Origin: Nitrospirota bacterium
GTDB lineage: Bacteria > Nitrospirota > Thermodesulfovibrionia > Thermodesulfovibrionales > Dissulfurispiraceae
Assembly: GCA_040754455.1 (NCBI GenBank)
Contig: JBFMCP010000014.1
Coordinates: forward strand, 1 to 64,000
Direction: 5' to 3'
DNA length: 64,000 nt
Both the position numbers and the translations under genes were made by a program. Shown in pieces: positions 8,967-18,261 of this stretch; the stretch's first letter is position 1, and each line of letters begins with the position of its first letter. A model generated the notes under the pieces. That model saw nothing but the letters and a program-made list of their open reading frames with translations, was not told the DNA's origin and ran no database searches.

Positions 8967-9015
8967 AGCGTTCTCCTGAAATTATTTGCTATCCATTGTT
9001 ATTGATAGCTATTCG

Positions 9016-9960
9016 TTATCTCCTTTCCGCGTATGCCAGCTCAGTCAGCTTTTTTATACACTCCTCCATGTCACCGGGTAGCGGACTCGAAAATTCGAGG
9101 TATTCTTTCGTCATCGGGTGAGTAAACCCCAGTACCGCGGCATGGAGCATCTGCCGGGGAAAGGATATTTTTGTCCGCCTTAGTTCGACAGCAGTTTTAT
9201 TTCCATATGTGGTGTCGCCGAGCACGGGATGGCCGATGGCGGCGAAGTGTACCCGTATTTGATGTGTCCGTCCGGTGCCGAGCTGGGCCTCGATGAGCGT
9301 GGCGGCGCTGAACCGATCGAGCACCTTCCACTGGGTGACTGCCTTCTTGCCGCGCTGCGTGCGGGTCGACATCTTCTTCCGGTCTGAAACGGAGCGGCCG
9401 ATCTCCAAGGCGATCTCTCCCGAGTTTTTTTTGATGTCTCCGTAGACAAGGGTTACGTACTTCCTGTTGATCGTCCGTTCCTTGAATTGCTCGACAAGAC
9501 CATAGTAGGCCCGGTCATCCAGTGCAACGACCATGACGCCCGACGTATCTTTGTCGAGGCGATGGACGACGCCGGGGCGCAGCGGGCCTCCGATGGCCGC
9601 CATCTTTTTGCAGTGATAGGCGAGCGCGTTGAGCAGGGTCCCCTGCGCATGTCCTGCCGATGGGTAGACCACCATGCCTGCGGGCTTGTCGACGACGACG
9701 AGATATTCATCTCTGAAAAGTATCGGCACCGGGATCGGCTCAGGGATGAGCGCCTCAGGTTCGGGCTCAGACTGCAGCACCTCAATGACATCACCGGGTT
9801 GCACACGGTAGTTCGGCTGTGCGCTGCGGTTATTGACGAGGAGGTTACCTTCCTTGATCAATAGCTGAATCTGCGAGCGGCTGATCCCGGTTTTTTCAGC
9901 GGCGAAAATATCAAGACGCTTTGCGATATCTGTTTGAGAAACAGGTATAATCTCTTTCAT
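9016..9960 (-). CDS. rluD: RluA-family 23S rRNA pseudouridine synthase with S4 domain
   Basis: Motifs RLDIF, VDKPAGMVV, RPGVVHRLDKDTSG, GTGRTHQIRVH, QMLHA. Confidence 0.9.
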   Translation of the reverse strand: MKEIIPVSQTDIAKRLDIFAAEKTGISRSQIQLLIKEGNLLVNNRSAQPNYRVQPGDVIEVLQSEPEPEALIPEPIPVPILFRDEYLVVVDKPAGMVVYPSAGHAQGTLLNALAYHCKKMAAIGGPLRPGVVHRLDKDTSGVMVVALDDRAYYGLVEQFKERTINRKYVTLVYGDIKKNSGEIALEIGRSVSDRKKMSTRTQRGKKAVTQWKVLDRFSAATLIEAQLGTGRTHQIRVHFAAIGHPVLGDTTYGNKTAVELRRTKISFPRQMLHAAVLGFTHPMTKEYLEFSSPLPGDMEECIKKLTELAYAERR

Positions 9961-10115
9961 ATTCTTGCTAAATATTATAACAGAGTGATAAAATTACCAA
10001 TTAACGTTATAGTTTTTATTGCGTTCAGGGTTATAGCGCTCTATTAAGGAGGTGTTTTTGCTCACTGCTATAACACACCACGCTTTACGCTCGACGCAAT
10101 TCTGGAGGCACACTC

Positions 10116-11570
10116 TTGAAGCTTAATGAACTGACCATTTCCGAGTTGCGAAGGCTGCTCGACAACAGGGAGATCAGACCCCGGGATATCCTCGACGATG
10201 TCTATCAGCGGATCGATGCCGTTGAAGATAAGGTAAAATCGTATATTACGCTCACCAAAGAGCACGCCTACAAAACGGCTGAAGCCGCCGAGCAGTTGAT
10301 TGTTGCGAACAAGGCCTCGCTGCTTACCGGTATCCCCCTTGCGGTAAAGGACAACATGTGCACGAAGGGAATACTCACGACCTGCGCATCGAAGATGCTC
10401 CACAATTTTATTCCGCCCTATGAGAGCACGGTAACGAAAAGGATGGGCGAACAGCACTACCTCCTGGTCGGAAAGACCAACATGGACGAGTTCGCCATGG
10501 GGTCCTCAACAGAGAATTCCGCCTATCATACGACAAAAAACCCCTGGAACCTCGGGTGTGTTCCCGGAGGGAGCAGCGGCGGCTCTGCTGCTGCGGTTGC
10601 CGCCGACGAATGCATCGCTGCCCTCGGTTCTGATACGGGCGGCTCGATCAGACAGCCGGCATCGTTCTGCGGCGTGGTCGGCCTCAAGCCGACCTACGGC
10701 AGGGTGTCCCGTTACGGGCTCGTTGCGTTTGCTTCATCCCTCGATCAGATCGGGCCGATTACGAAGAATGTCACCGACGCCGCCATGGTGATGAATGTGA
10801 TCGCCGGCCATGACCGCCTCGATTCCACCTCGGCGCCGGTGGATGTTCCCGACTACGCGGCGGTGCTGGGTAAAGAGATAAAAGGGCTGAGGATCGGCAT
10901 TCCGAAAGAATACTTCGTCGAGGGCATGGACAACGAGGTAGCGACAGCGGTCCGGGCGGCGATACAGAAGCTTGAATCATTGGGCGCGACGGCTGTTGAA
11001 GTCACCCTTCCCCATACCGCGTATGCAATTGCCACCTATTACATTCTCGCCACATCAGAGGCATCCTCGAACCTGGCACGCTACGACGGTGTGAAGTACG
11101 GCTTCAGGGCAGAAGGGAAAGACCTGCTCGAGATGTACATGAAGACGAGGGCGCAGGGATTCGGCGCCGAGGTCAAGCGGAGAATCATGCTCGGCACGTA
11201 CGCGCTTTCTTCCGGGTACTACGAGGCCTACTACAAGAAGGGACAGCAGGTGAGGACGCTCATCAAGCAGGATTTCGAAAACGCTTTGAAGCAGGTCGAC
11301 GTCCTGGTGACCCCGACCTCTCCCAGTGCGGCCTTCAGCATCGGAGAAAAGACCACCGATCCGCTCCAGATGTACCTCTCCGATATCTTCACCATATCCA
11401 TCAACCTCGCAGGTGTGCCCGGTCTCTCGCTGCCCTGCGGCATCACGTCGGCAGGGCTGCCGGTAGGGCTTCAGGTGATCGGCAAGCATTTTGATGAAGC
11501 AACTATTTTCAGAGTCGCCTATGCGTACGAGCAGAGCACCGACTGGCATATGAGGAGACCGCAGCTATGA
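10116..11570 (+). CDS. gatA: Asp-tRNA(Asn)/Glu-tRNA(Gln) amidotransferase subunit A
   Basis: Amidase signature [47 protein letters not shown] start after GGAGG. Confidence 0.97.
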   Translation: MKLNELTISELRRLLDNREIRPRDILDDVYQRIDAVEDKVKSYITLTKEHAYKTAEAAEQLIVANKASLLTGIPLAVKDNMCTKGILTTCASKMLHNFIPPYESTVTKRMGEQHYLLVGKTNMDEFAMGSSTENSAYHTTKNPWNLGCVPGGSSGGSAAAVAADECIAALGSDTGGSIRQPASFCGVVGLKPTYGRVSRYGLVAFASSLDQIGPITKNVTDAAMVMNVIAGHDRLDSTSAPVDVPDYAAVLGKEIKGLRIGIPKEYFVEGMDNEVATAVRAAIQKLESLGATAVEVTLPHTAYAIATYYILATSEASSNLARYDGVKYGFRAEGKDLLEMYMKTRAQGFGAEVKRRIMLGTYALSSGYYEAYYKKGQQVRTLIKQDFENALKQVDVLVTPTSPSAAFSIGEKTTDPLQMYLSDIFTISINLAGVPGLSLPCGITSAGLPVGLQVIGKHFDEATIFRVAYAYEQSTDWHMRRPQL

Positions 11571-13030
11571 ACAGCGAGAACATGGAGAACACTTACGGCA
11601 ACGGGAAATACGAAGCGGTCATCGGCCTTGAAGTTCATGCCCAGATGCTGACCGAGACAAAGATATTCTGCGGCTGCTCCACCACGTTCGGTGCAGAGCC
11701 GAATACCCAGACCTGCCCGGTCGATATCGGGCTCCCCGGGGTGTTGCCGGTGCTCAACAAAAAGGCGGTCGAGTTCGCCATAAAGACCGGTCTTGCCATG
11801 AACTGCAGGATCAACGCCTACAGCAGGTTTGCCCGGAAGAATTATTTCTACCCCGACCTGCCGAAGGGGTATCAGATAAGCCAGTATGAACTTCCCATCT
11901 GTGAGCACGGCGCCATCGAGATCGTTGTCGACGGCAAGGTGAAGAGCATCGGCATTACCAGAATTCACATGGAAGAGGATGCCGGGAAGAATATCCATGA
12001 AGGCGGGGGAGCGTACAGCTTTGTTGACCTGAACCGCGCCGGCGTTCCCCTGATGGAAATCGTTTCCGAGCCGGATATCAGGACCCCCCGGGAAGCTGCG
12101 GAGTACATGAGAAAGATGCGGAGCATCCTTCGCTATCTTGGCGTGTGTGACGGCAATATGGAGCAGGGCTCGCTCAGGTGCGACGCCAATATCTCGGTAC
12201 GTCCAGTGGGACAGAAGGAGTTCGGCACCAAGACGGAATTGAAGAACATGAATTCCTTCAGGTTTGTCGAGAAGGCGCTCGAGTATGAAATAAAACGCCA
12301 GGTGAGGGTTCTTGAAGAGGGCGGGAAAATCATCCAGGAAACGCGGCTCTGGGACTCCGCCGCCGGCGTGACCCAGTCCATGCGGACAAAGGAGGAGGCG
12401 CACGATTACCGCTACTTTCCCGAGCCTGACCTTGTCCCGATTGTGGCCGAAAAGGAATGGATCGACAATATCAAAGCATCGCTTCCCGAGCTTCCGGATG
12501 CAAAGCGCGAACGCTTTGTTTCACAATACGGCTTGCCTGAATACGACGCCGATCTGCTCACCTCCGAAAAGCCGATCGCTTCATGGTACGAGGACGCGGT
12601 CAAAGCGGGCGGACAGCCCAAGGCGGTTTCGAACTGGATGATGGGTGATTTGATGCGCCTGCTCAATGAAGAAAACAGGCCGATCGAGGAATGCCCGATG
12701 CAGCCGGCGCAGCTTGCCGGCATGCTCAGACTCATCGATAACGGCACGATCAGCGGTAAGATTGCCAAGACGGTATTCGAAGAGATGTACCGGAGCGGCA
12801 AAGATGCCGAGACGGTCGTGAAGGAGAAAGGCCTTGTCCAGATCAGCGATGAGGCGGCGATCGAGAAAGCCATCGACGAGGTCCTCGCGAGGAGCCAAAA
12901 AGAGGTCGAGCGATACAAGGCCGGTGATGAGAAACTGATCGGCTTTTTCGTCGGACAGGTCATGAAAGCGACCAAGGGCAGGGCCAACCCGCAGTTGCTC
13001 AATGAACTCCTGAAAAAGAAGTTATTGTAA
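11567..13030 (+). CDS. gatB: Asp-tRNA(Asn)/Glu-tRNA(Gln) amidotransferase subunit B
   Basis: Motifs [41 protein letters not shown] and a YqeY-like tail. Confidence 0.97.
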   Translation: MNSENMENTYGNGKYEAVIGLEVHAQMLTETKIFCGCSTTFGAEPNTQTCPVDIGLPGVLPVLNKKAVEFAIKTGLAMNCRINAYSRFARKNYFYPDLPKGYQISQYELPICEHGAIEIVVDGKVKSIGITRIHMEEDAGKNIHEGGGAYSFVDLNRAGVPLMEIVSEPDIRTPREAAEYMRKMRSILRYLGVCDGNMEQGSLRCDANISVRPVGQKEFGTKTELKNMNSFRFVEKALEYEIKRQVRVLEEGGKIIQETRLWDSAAGVTQSMRTKEEAHDYRYFPEPDLVPIVAEKEWIDNIKASLPELPDAKRERFVSQYGLPEYDADLLTSEKPIASWYEDAVKAGGQPKAVSNWMMGDLMRLLNEENRPIEECPMQPAQLAGMLRLIDNGTISGKIAKTVFEEMYRSGKDAETVVKEKGLVQISDEAAIEKAIDEVLARSQKEVERYKAGDEKLIGFFVGQVMKATKGRANPQLLNELLKKKLL

Positions 13031-13044
13031 TCTCTAATTTTTTA

Positions 13045-13073
13045 TTGACACGTTCTATCGATTGTTTTATAGT
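13045..13073 (+). promoter_or_regulatory. sigma70-type promoter upstream of the first cytochrome c7
   Basis: TTGACA (13045-50), 17-nt spacer, TATAGT (13068-73). Confidence 0.75.
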
Positions 13074-13269
13074 AAAAAGCGCTTATATATATTACTGAAA
13101 AACGCCTTTTCCATAGTAAGGATATAAGCTGTTCCCTATAATGAGAATCACCTCCCCAAAAGGTAAGAGTGTTTTGGCCCTGGGGGAGAATTTGAGAGTA
13201 AAATCAATAATGCAGTACATGGTATGATCTTTGCTTTATTAATATCTCAGAGAGAAAGGGGGTGAAGGT

Positions 13270-13587
13270 ATGAAGATTTTCTCAGCAATTTTAATCGTGC
13301 TCGTTGCAGTGGCTTTCGTCGGCAGCGCTTTTGCAGTTCCTGCAGGAAAGACGCTTGAGTATCCCGACGGCGCTATGGGCAAGGTCACCTTTGACGGCAA
13401 AACCCACGCTGACAAGGGACTGAAGTGCAATGATTGCCACACCAAGATCTTCCCGATGAAGAAGGGCTCGATGAAGATGACCCAGGCTGACCACGGGACT
13501 GATAAATGGTGCGGCGCCTGCCATAACGGTACCAAGGCATTCGGACAGAAGGACGCAGCAAGCTGTGCGAAGTGCCACAAGAAATAA
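13270..13587 (+). CDS. Periplasmic triheme c7-type cytochrome, copy 1
   Basis: Signal peptide plus three CXXCH motifs (CNDCH, CGACH, CAKCH) in a Lys-rich mature domain of about 83 aa. Confidence 0.92.
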   Translation: MKIFSAILIVLVAVAFVGSAFAVPAGKTLEYPDGAMGKVTFDGKTHADKGLKCNDCHTKIFPMKKGSMKMTQADHGTDKWCGACHNGTKAFGQKDAASCAKCHKK

Positions 13588-13615
13588 TTCAAGAATACTT
13601 TGAGATACTCCAGGG

Positions 13616-13644
13616 AGGGCGGCCCGATGCGGCCGCCTTTTTTT
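13616..13644 (+). terminator. Intrinsic terminator
   Basis: AGGGCGGCC-CGATGC-GGCCGCCTT followed by a T-run. Confidence 0.8.
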
Positions 13645-13747
13645 ATGGTGTGCCTCTCCCCCCAGTCGGCGTGCCCGGAACACCTCTGCTCAACTTCATG
13701 GCGGAACACGTTGCGCACAAAACCCCGGCTTTCGGATGAGTCATTAG

Positions 13748-13776
13748 TTGACATGCATCCTGGAGTTTACTATAGT
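13748..13776 (+). promoter_or_regulatory. sigma70-type promoter upstream of the second cytochrome c7
   Basis: TTGACA (13748-53), 17-nt spacer, TATAGT (13771-76). Confidence 0.75.
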
Positions 13777-13822
13777 TGTTGTTATATAGGTACGAAGGTC
13801 ACAAAAAGAAGGGGGTGAACAT

Positions 13823-14140
13823 ATGAAACTTTTATCTGCACTCTTAGCTCTCATCATTGCCGTTGCTTTTGTCAGCAGCGCCATGGCAGTTGCTCCCGGA
13901 AAGACGCTCGAGTATCCGGACGGCCCTCAGGGCAAGGTCACCTTCAACGGTAAGACCCACGCCGATGCAGGACTGAAGTGCAACGACTGCCACACCAAGA
14001 TCTTCCCGATGAAGAAGGGCTCGATGAAGATGACCAGGGAGGATCACGGTAAGGACAAGTGGTGCGGCGCCTGTCATAACGGCACCAAGGCGTTCAGCCA
14101 GGGCGACGAGAAAAACTGCGGGAAGTGCCACAAAAAGTAA
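13823..14140 (+). CDS. Periplasmic triheme c7-type cytochrome, copy 2
   Basis: Paralog of 13270..13587 with the same length. CNDCH, CGACH, CGKCH. Confidence 0.92.
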   Translation: MKLLSALLALIIAVAFVSSAMAVAPGKTLEYPDGPQGKVTFNGKTHADAGLKCNDCHTKIFPMKKGSMKMTREDHGKDKWCGACHNGTKAFSQGDEKNCGKCHKK

Positions 14141-14153
14141 TCAAAAGGGACAA

Positions 14154-14189
14154 ACAAAAAAGGCGACTCGTTTGAGTCGCCTTTTTTGT
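14154..14189. terminator. Bidirectional intrinsic terminator
   Basis: ACAAAAAAGGCGACTC-GTTT-GAGTCGCCTTTTTTGT, a perfect 16-bp stem between convergent genes. Confidence 0.9.
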
Positions 14190-14205
14190 CTATAGTACCA
14201 CAATG

Positions 14206-15123
14206 CTATTTGACGTAGGTGAGCCAATGTTCGTATTTCTTCCCCTTGCCTTTTACGGTATCGAAAAAGAGTGCCTGCAGTTTTTTGGTGATTGTCCCTG
14301 CCTTCCCATCGCCGATCATTCTGCCGTCGAGCTCCCTGATGGGCGTCACTTCTGCAGCGGTGCCGGTAAAGAATGCCTCATCGCAGATGTATACTTCATC
14401 CCTGGTGAAGCGCGCCTCGACAACTTCGATGCCTGCATCACCGGCAAGGGTAATGATACTGTCCCGCGTAATACCTTCGAGGATGGAGGTCAGTGGTGTA
14501 GTTTTTAAGATGTCGTTTCTCACGATGAAGATATTTTCGCCGCTTCCTTCGGAAATATACCCCTCCGTATCGAGAAGGAGCGCCTCATCGTAGCCGCAGG
14601 AGATCGCCTCTTTTTTTGCAATCTGCGAATTGACGTAGTAGCCGCAGATCTTTCCGCGAGACATGTTGGAATTTACATGGTTCCGAATGAAAGAGGAAAC
14701 CTTTACCCGTATGCCCTTCTCGAGACCGTCTTCGCCCAGATAGGCGCCCCAGGGCCATGCGGCAACAGCAACCCTGACCGGATTGCCTTTGGGATAGAGT
14801 CCCATGGCCCCGTAGCCGATGTAGACGAGAGGCCTGATATAGCACTCCTGCAGCTTATTCACCTTTACCGTATCGATGATCGCCTGTTTGATCTCTTCCT
14901 CGGTAAAGGGTATATCGATAAGGAAGATATGGGCCGACCGGAAGAGTCGCTTCACATGCTCGTCGAGCTTGAAAACAGCGGGGCCTTTCGGGGTCTTGTA
15001 GCAGCGGATACCTTCAAAGGCGCCGAGGCCGTAGTGCAGGGTGTGGGTCATGATATGGACCTGCGCGTCGTCCCAATTGACGAACGTGCCGTCCATCCAG
15101 ATTTTTTCCGTCTTCGGAATCAT
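14206..15123 (-). CDS. ilvE: Branched-chain amino acid aminotransferase
   Basis: Motifs [53 protein letters not shown]. Confidence 0.95.
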   Translation of the reverse strand: MIPKTEKIWMDGTFVNWDDAQVHIMTHTLHYGLGAFEGIRCYKTPKGPAVFKLDEHVKRLFRSAHIFLIDIPFTEEEIKQAIIDTVKVNKLQECYIRPLVYIGYGAMGLYPKGNPVRVAVAAWPWGAYLGEDGLEKGIRVKVSSFIRNHVNSNMSRGKICGYYVNSQIAKKEAISCGYDEALLLDTEGYISEGSGENIFIVRNDILKTTPLTSILEGITRDSIITLAGDAGIEVVEARFTRDEVYICDEAFFTGTAAEVTPIRELDGRMIGDGKAGTITKKLQALFFDTVKGKGKKYEHWLTYVK

Positions 15124-15224
15124 AGTCTATATTTATAACAATAGAGGGTAAAGCCTGTCAATCGAAAAAGTAAGCGCACATCCTGAAATAAAAGCAGCAA
15201 ACTCTGCGATAGGGGAGAGCGCTC

Positions 15225-15659
15225 CTATCGGACGTTTTTTCTGCGATGTATCCTCACGAGGAGCAGCAGAAGGAGGAGCGCGATGAGGAGCAGTGCAAGG
15301 GAGTGGGGAAACATCACGCTGCAATGAAGGGGAAACGGTTCTTCTATTGTCGCTTGTGCAGCTGGTGTCTGAACATTATTGGCGGGGAATACCGTCGCAT
15401 GTGGTGGCGCTTCCTCGGGAGTTTGGACACTCGGCGTCTCTGTTTTCGTTGTAGGGAGCGTGTGCTGAAGCGATCTCTTTTGGGCTACCCGTATCGGATT
15501 TCCCTGCTCATCATGGAAATGATACTCTCCCCCCTTCAACTCCCATTCGCTGCAGTTTCTCCAACATGCATGACCGCCCTGTTTGTCGGTACCGCCGGGA
15601 TGGGACCAGAGGAGCGCCGGATACAAGATGACGACGATGAGTACGAGCGCGTTTTTCAT
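15225..15659 (-). CDS. YHYH-like domain exported protein with Pro/Thr linker and C-terminal membrane anchor
   Basis: Signal peptide, then HPGGTDKQGGH...EYHFH. C-terminal hydrophobic run followed by a basic tail (HRRKNVR). Confidence 0.7.
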   Translation of the reverse strand: MKNALVLIVVILYPALLWSHPGGTDKQGGHACWRNCSEWELKGGEYHFHDEQGNPIRVAQKRSLQHTLPTTKTETPSVQTPEEAPPHATVFPANNVQTPAAQATIEEPFPLHCSVMFPHSLALLLIALLLLLLLVRIHRRKNVR

Positions 15660-15902
15660 TATCGTTCCCCCGGCATTGATTATAGATAAAAGGGAAGGGC
15701 AAAGAAAAGGGTATCATTCCGTTATCGACAGGATATGCGCGAAGCAGGCAGGATAAGAGATGTGAGAGGGAGCTTCCTACGTACCGCTGCCGTTCAGTAG
15801 GCTGGCAATCTTTTCTGTGCCGATGAAGAGCATGAAGAGGGTGAACGGCAGCACTCTCTCGGGAGCACACCGCCTTTTGCAATCAATGGTGCCGCGACGG
15901 TG

Positions 15903-17732
15903 TTACTCAACGGTGACGCTCTTCGCGAGGTTTCTTGGCTGATCGACATCACACCCCTTGAGCACGGCAATGTGGTAGGCGAGGAGCTGGAGCGGGAGTA
16001 CCGTGACAAAGGGAGTGAGCGCAGGATGCACCGAGGGGATCTCGATGACGTCATCCGCCTTGTGTGCAAGAGCGTCGGGTGCATCGGTTATGGCGATAAC
16101 CCTGCCACCGCGCGCCTTCACCTCTTCGATATTGGAGAGTATCTTCTCAAAGAGCTCATCTGCAGGGGCTACCACGACAACCGGCGACCGCTCTTCGATC
16201 AGCGCGATCGGCCCGTGCTTCATCTCACCGGCGGGATAGCCCTCGGCAGGGATATAGGAAATCTCTTTGAGCTTTAACGCACCTTCGAGCGCAATGGGGT
16301 AGTTTATGCCCCTCCCGAGAAAGAGGAACCCCCTTGCGCTGGTAAGTGTTCCTGCAAGGTCGGCGATAAGGGAAGAGGTCTTCAGCGCTCTGGCGAGAGG
16401 TTCTGCAAGTGAGAGGAGCTGTGCAGTGCACCCGCGTGCATTATCGAGAGACATGACATCCCTGTCGGCGCCGAGTTTGAGCGCAAGGAGATAGAGCACC
16501 GTCATCTGAGAGGTGAAGGCCTTTGTGGATGCCACGCCGATTTCCGGACCTGCCTTTGTGTAGAGGACATGGTCCGCCTCTCTCGATGACGTGCTGCCCA
16601 GCACATTGCAGATCGTCAGTACGGTGGCGCCCCTGCGCTTTGCCTCCCGCTGCGCAGCAAGCGTGTCGGCGGTCTCCCCTGATTGCGTAATGGAGATGAG
16701 CAGTGTTCCTTCCTCAAGGATGGGATTGCGATAACGGTACTCAGAGGCGATGGCGACATCAACGGGTAGGCGGGCGAAGCGCTCGATGATATAGCTGCCC
16801 ACGAGCCCAGCGTGGTAGGAGGTGCCGCATGCGACGATCTGGATACGTCGCACCTTCTGCAGCACTTCAGCCGGAATGCCTAGATTGTTGGGCAGACGGT
16901 GTGAATGATCGATGTATCCCCGCAGCGTATCAGTGACCGCCCGCTGCTGCTCGTGAATCTCTTTTAACATGAAGTGCTCATAGCCCTCCTTTTCTGCCAT
17001 GGAAGGGGTCCAGTCGACTTTGATAATGCTGTCACGTACCGGTACGGCGGCGCGGCCGTCGAGATAATCGAGCGTCATCTCCCCGAGGGTTATGCTGCAG
17101 ATCTGGCCGTCCTCCATGAGGATGAAGGTGCGCGTATAGGGGAGGATGGCGGGCATATCAGAGGCAAAGAAGAATTCATCTTCACCCAGACCGATGACCA
17201 GAGGGCTCCCCTTTCTGACCGCAAAGAGCGTATCCGGCTGAGTGTCGCTCATGACACCGATCGCATACGTCCCTTTCAAGCGGGCCACCGCCGCCCTGAT
17301 CGCATCGGGGAGAGGATGCTCCTTTTTCATATAGAAGGCGATCAATTGCGGGACGACTTCCGTGTCAGTGTCCGAGATGAAGTCGTGCCCTGAGGAGGTC
17401 AGCTCCTCTTTCAGCTCGTGATAATTTTCGATGATGCCGTTGTGCACGACCGCAACGCCCCGCGAGAGATGCGGATGAGCGTTCCGTGATGACGGAATTC
17501 CATGTGTGGCCCAGCGCGTATGCCCGAGGCCTATTCGTGCCATGGGGAAAGGATCGGGCAGGAGCGCCTCGAGCTCCCTTATCTTCCCTTTTGTTTTACA
17601 TATTTCGATTCCTTTGCCGTTTTGATACGCGATGCCCGCCGAATCATATCCCCTGTATTCAAGCCTTTTGAGTCCGTCAATAAGGATCGGCAGGGAGCCC
17701 CTTGTCCCGACATACCCGACGATACCGCACAT
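15903..17732 (-). CDS. glmS: Glutamine--fructose-6-phosphate aminotransferase
   Basis: Starts MCGIVG (GGAGG RBS). Motifs LEYRGYDSAG, GHTRWATHG, QSGETADT, PRNLAKSVTVE. Confidence 0.97.
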   Translation of the reverse strand: MCGIVGYVGTRGSLPILIDGLKRLEYRGYDSAGIAYQNGKGIEICKTKGKIRELEALLPDPFPMARIGLGHTRWATHGIPSSRNAHPHLSRGVAVVHNGIIENYHELKEELTSSGHDFISDTDTEVVPQLIAFYMKKEHPLPDAIRAAVARLKGTYAIGVMSDTQPDTLFAVRKGSPLVIGLGEDEFFFASDMPAILPYTRTFILMEDGQICSITLGEMTLDYLDGRAAVPVRDSIIKVDWTPSMAEKEGYEHFMLKEIHEQQRAVTDTLRGYIDHSHRLPNNLGIPAEVLQKVRRIQIVACGTSYHAGLVGSYIIERFARLPVDVAIASEYRYRNPILEEGTLLISITQSGETADTLAAQREAKRRGATVLTICNVLGSTSSREADHVLYTKAGPEIGVASTKAFTSQMTVLYLLALKLGADRDVMSLDNARGCTAQLLSLAEPLARALKTSSLIADLAGTLTSARGFLFLGRGINYPIALEGALKLKEISYIPAEGYPAGEMKHGPIALIEERSPVVVVAPADELFEKILSNIEEVKARGGRVIAITDAPDALAHKADDVIEIPSVHPALTPFVTVLPLQLLAYHIAVLKGCDVDQPRNLAKSVTVE

Positions 17733-17883
17733 AGGACCTCCTCCAATTGATACTTCCCCGCAGTCTTTCCACAGGCAGTTCAATCATTATTTGTCCACAT
17801 GACAGGCTCCTCCTCATTCCCTCAGAAAGGATTAACGAAGGGAAGAGCGGTGGTGAGAGCGACCTGATAATCAACTTAGCATT

Positions 17884-17899
17884 AGCAAGAAACATTCCA
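17884..17899 (-). promoter_or_regulatory. Candidate sigma54 (-24/-12) promoter for glmS
   Basis: Minus strand TGGAATGTTTCTTGCT has GG-N10-GC spacing and TTGC. Confidence 0.6.
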
Positions 17900-18261
17900 T
17901 GCAGCGCGAAAGCTCTAGGGGCTCGGCGCTACTGTAAACAAAAGCGGCATCTGTCATTAAATGAGCGGCGGATTCGCTATTTTGTGTCAAATACCTTGAC
18001 ATTTTCTTTAATTCCATTAAAGTTGATTATAGGTGCAATGTGACTCAAAGAATAACAACGCAGGGCGCAAAACCATAGATACTTTTAGGATAGAGCTTAC
18101 CGTACCAGCACCATCTCCCCGCAGGGAAGAGGGTTTCCTCAATGTACTCCCTGTGTGTACGTATGTAATGATCGCACCCGACGGTCTTATTTTTTGATTG
18201 CTTCCGGCGCTTACGTTGCGCCCTGATTTACTGGATGCCGTTTGCACCGTAAGGGGGATAT

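Noticed and set aside
11700..11740. GatB CPVD in place of the usual CPVC zinc motif
   Set aside because: A single Cys-to-Asp change can still bind metal and this site varies among GatB proteins. All catalytic motifs are intact.
13080..13269. Cyclic-dinucleotide (GEMM) riboswitch upstream of the cytochromes
   Set aside because: The GGCAAAC...GAAA...GACGCAAAGC pattern is not present.
15225..15320. C-terminus of the YHYH-like protein as a PEP-CTERM sorting signal
   Set aside because: It has a TM segment and basic tail but no VPEP motif directly before the helix.
17900..17935. AGCGCC on the minus strand upstream of glmS, suggesting a glmS ribozyme
   Set aside because: Only six bases match, the downstream GACGAGG core is absent, and the site lies upstream of the predicted sigma54 promoter.
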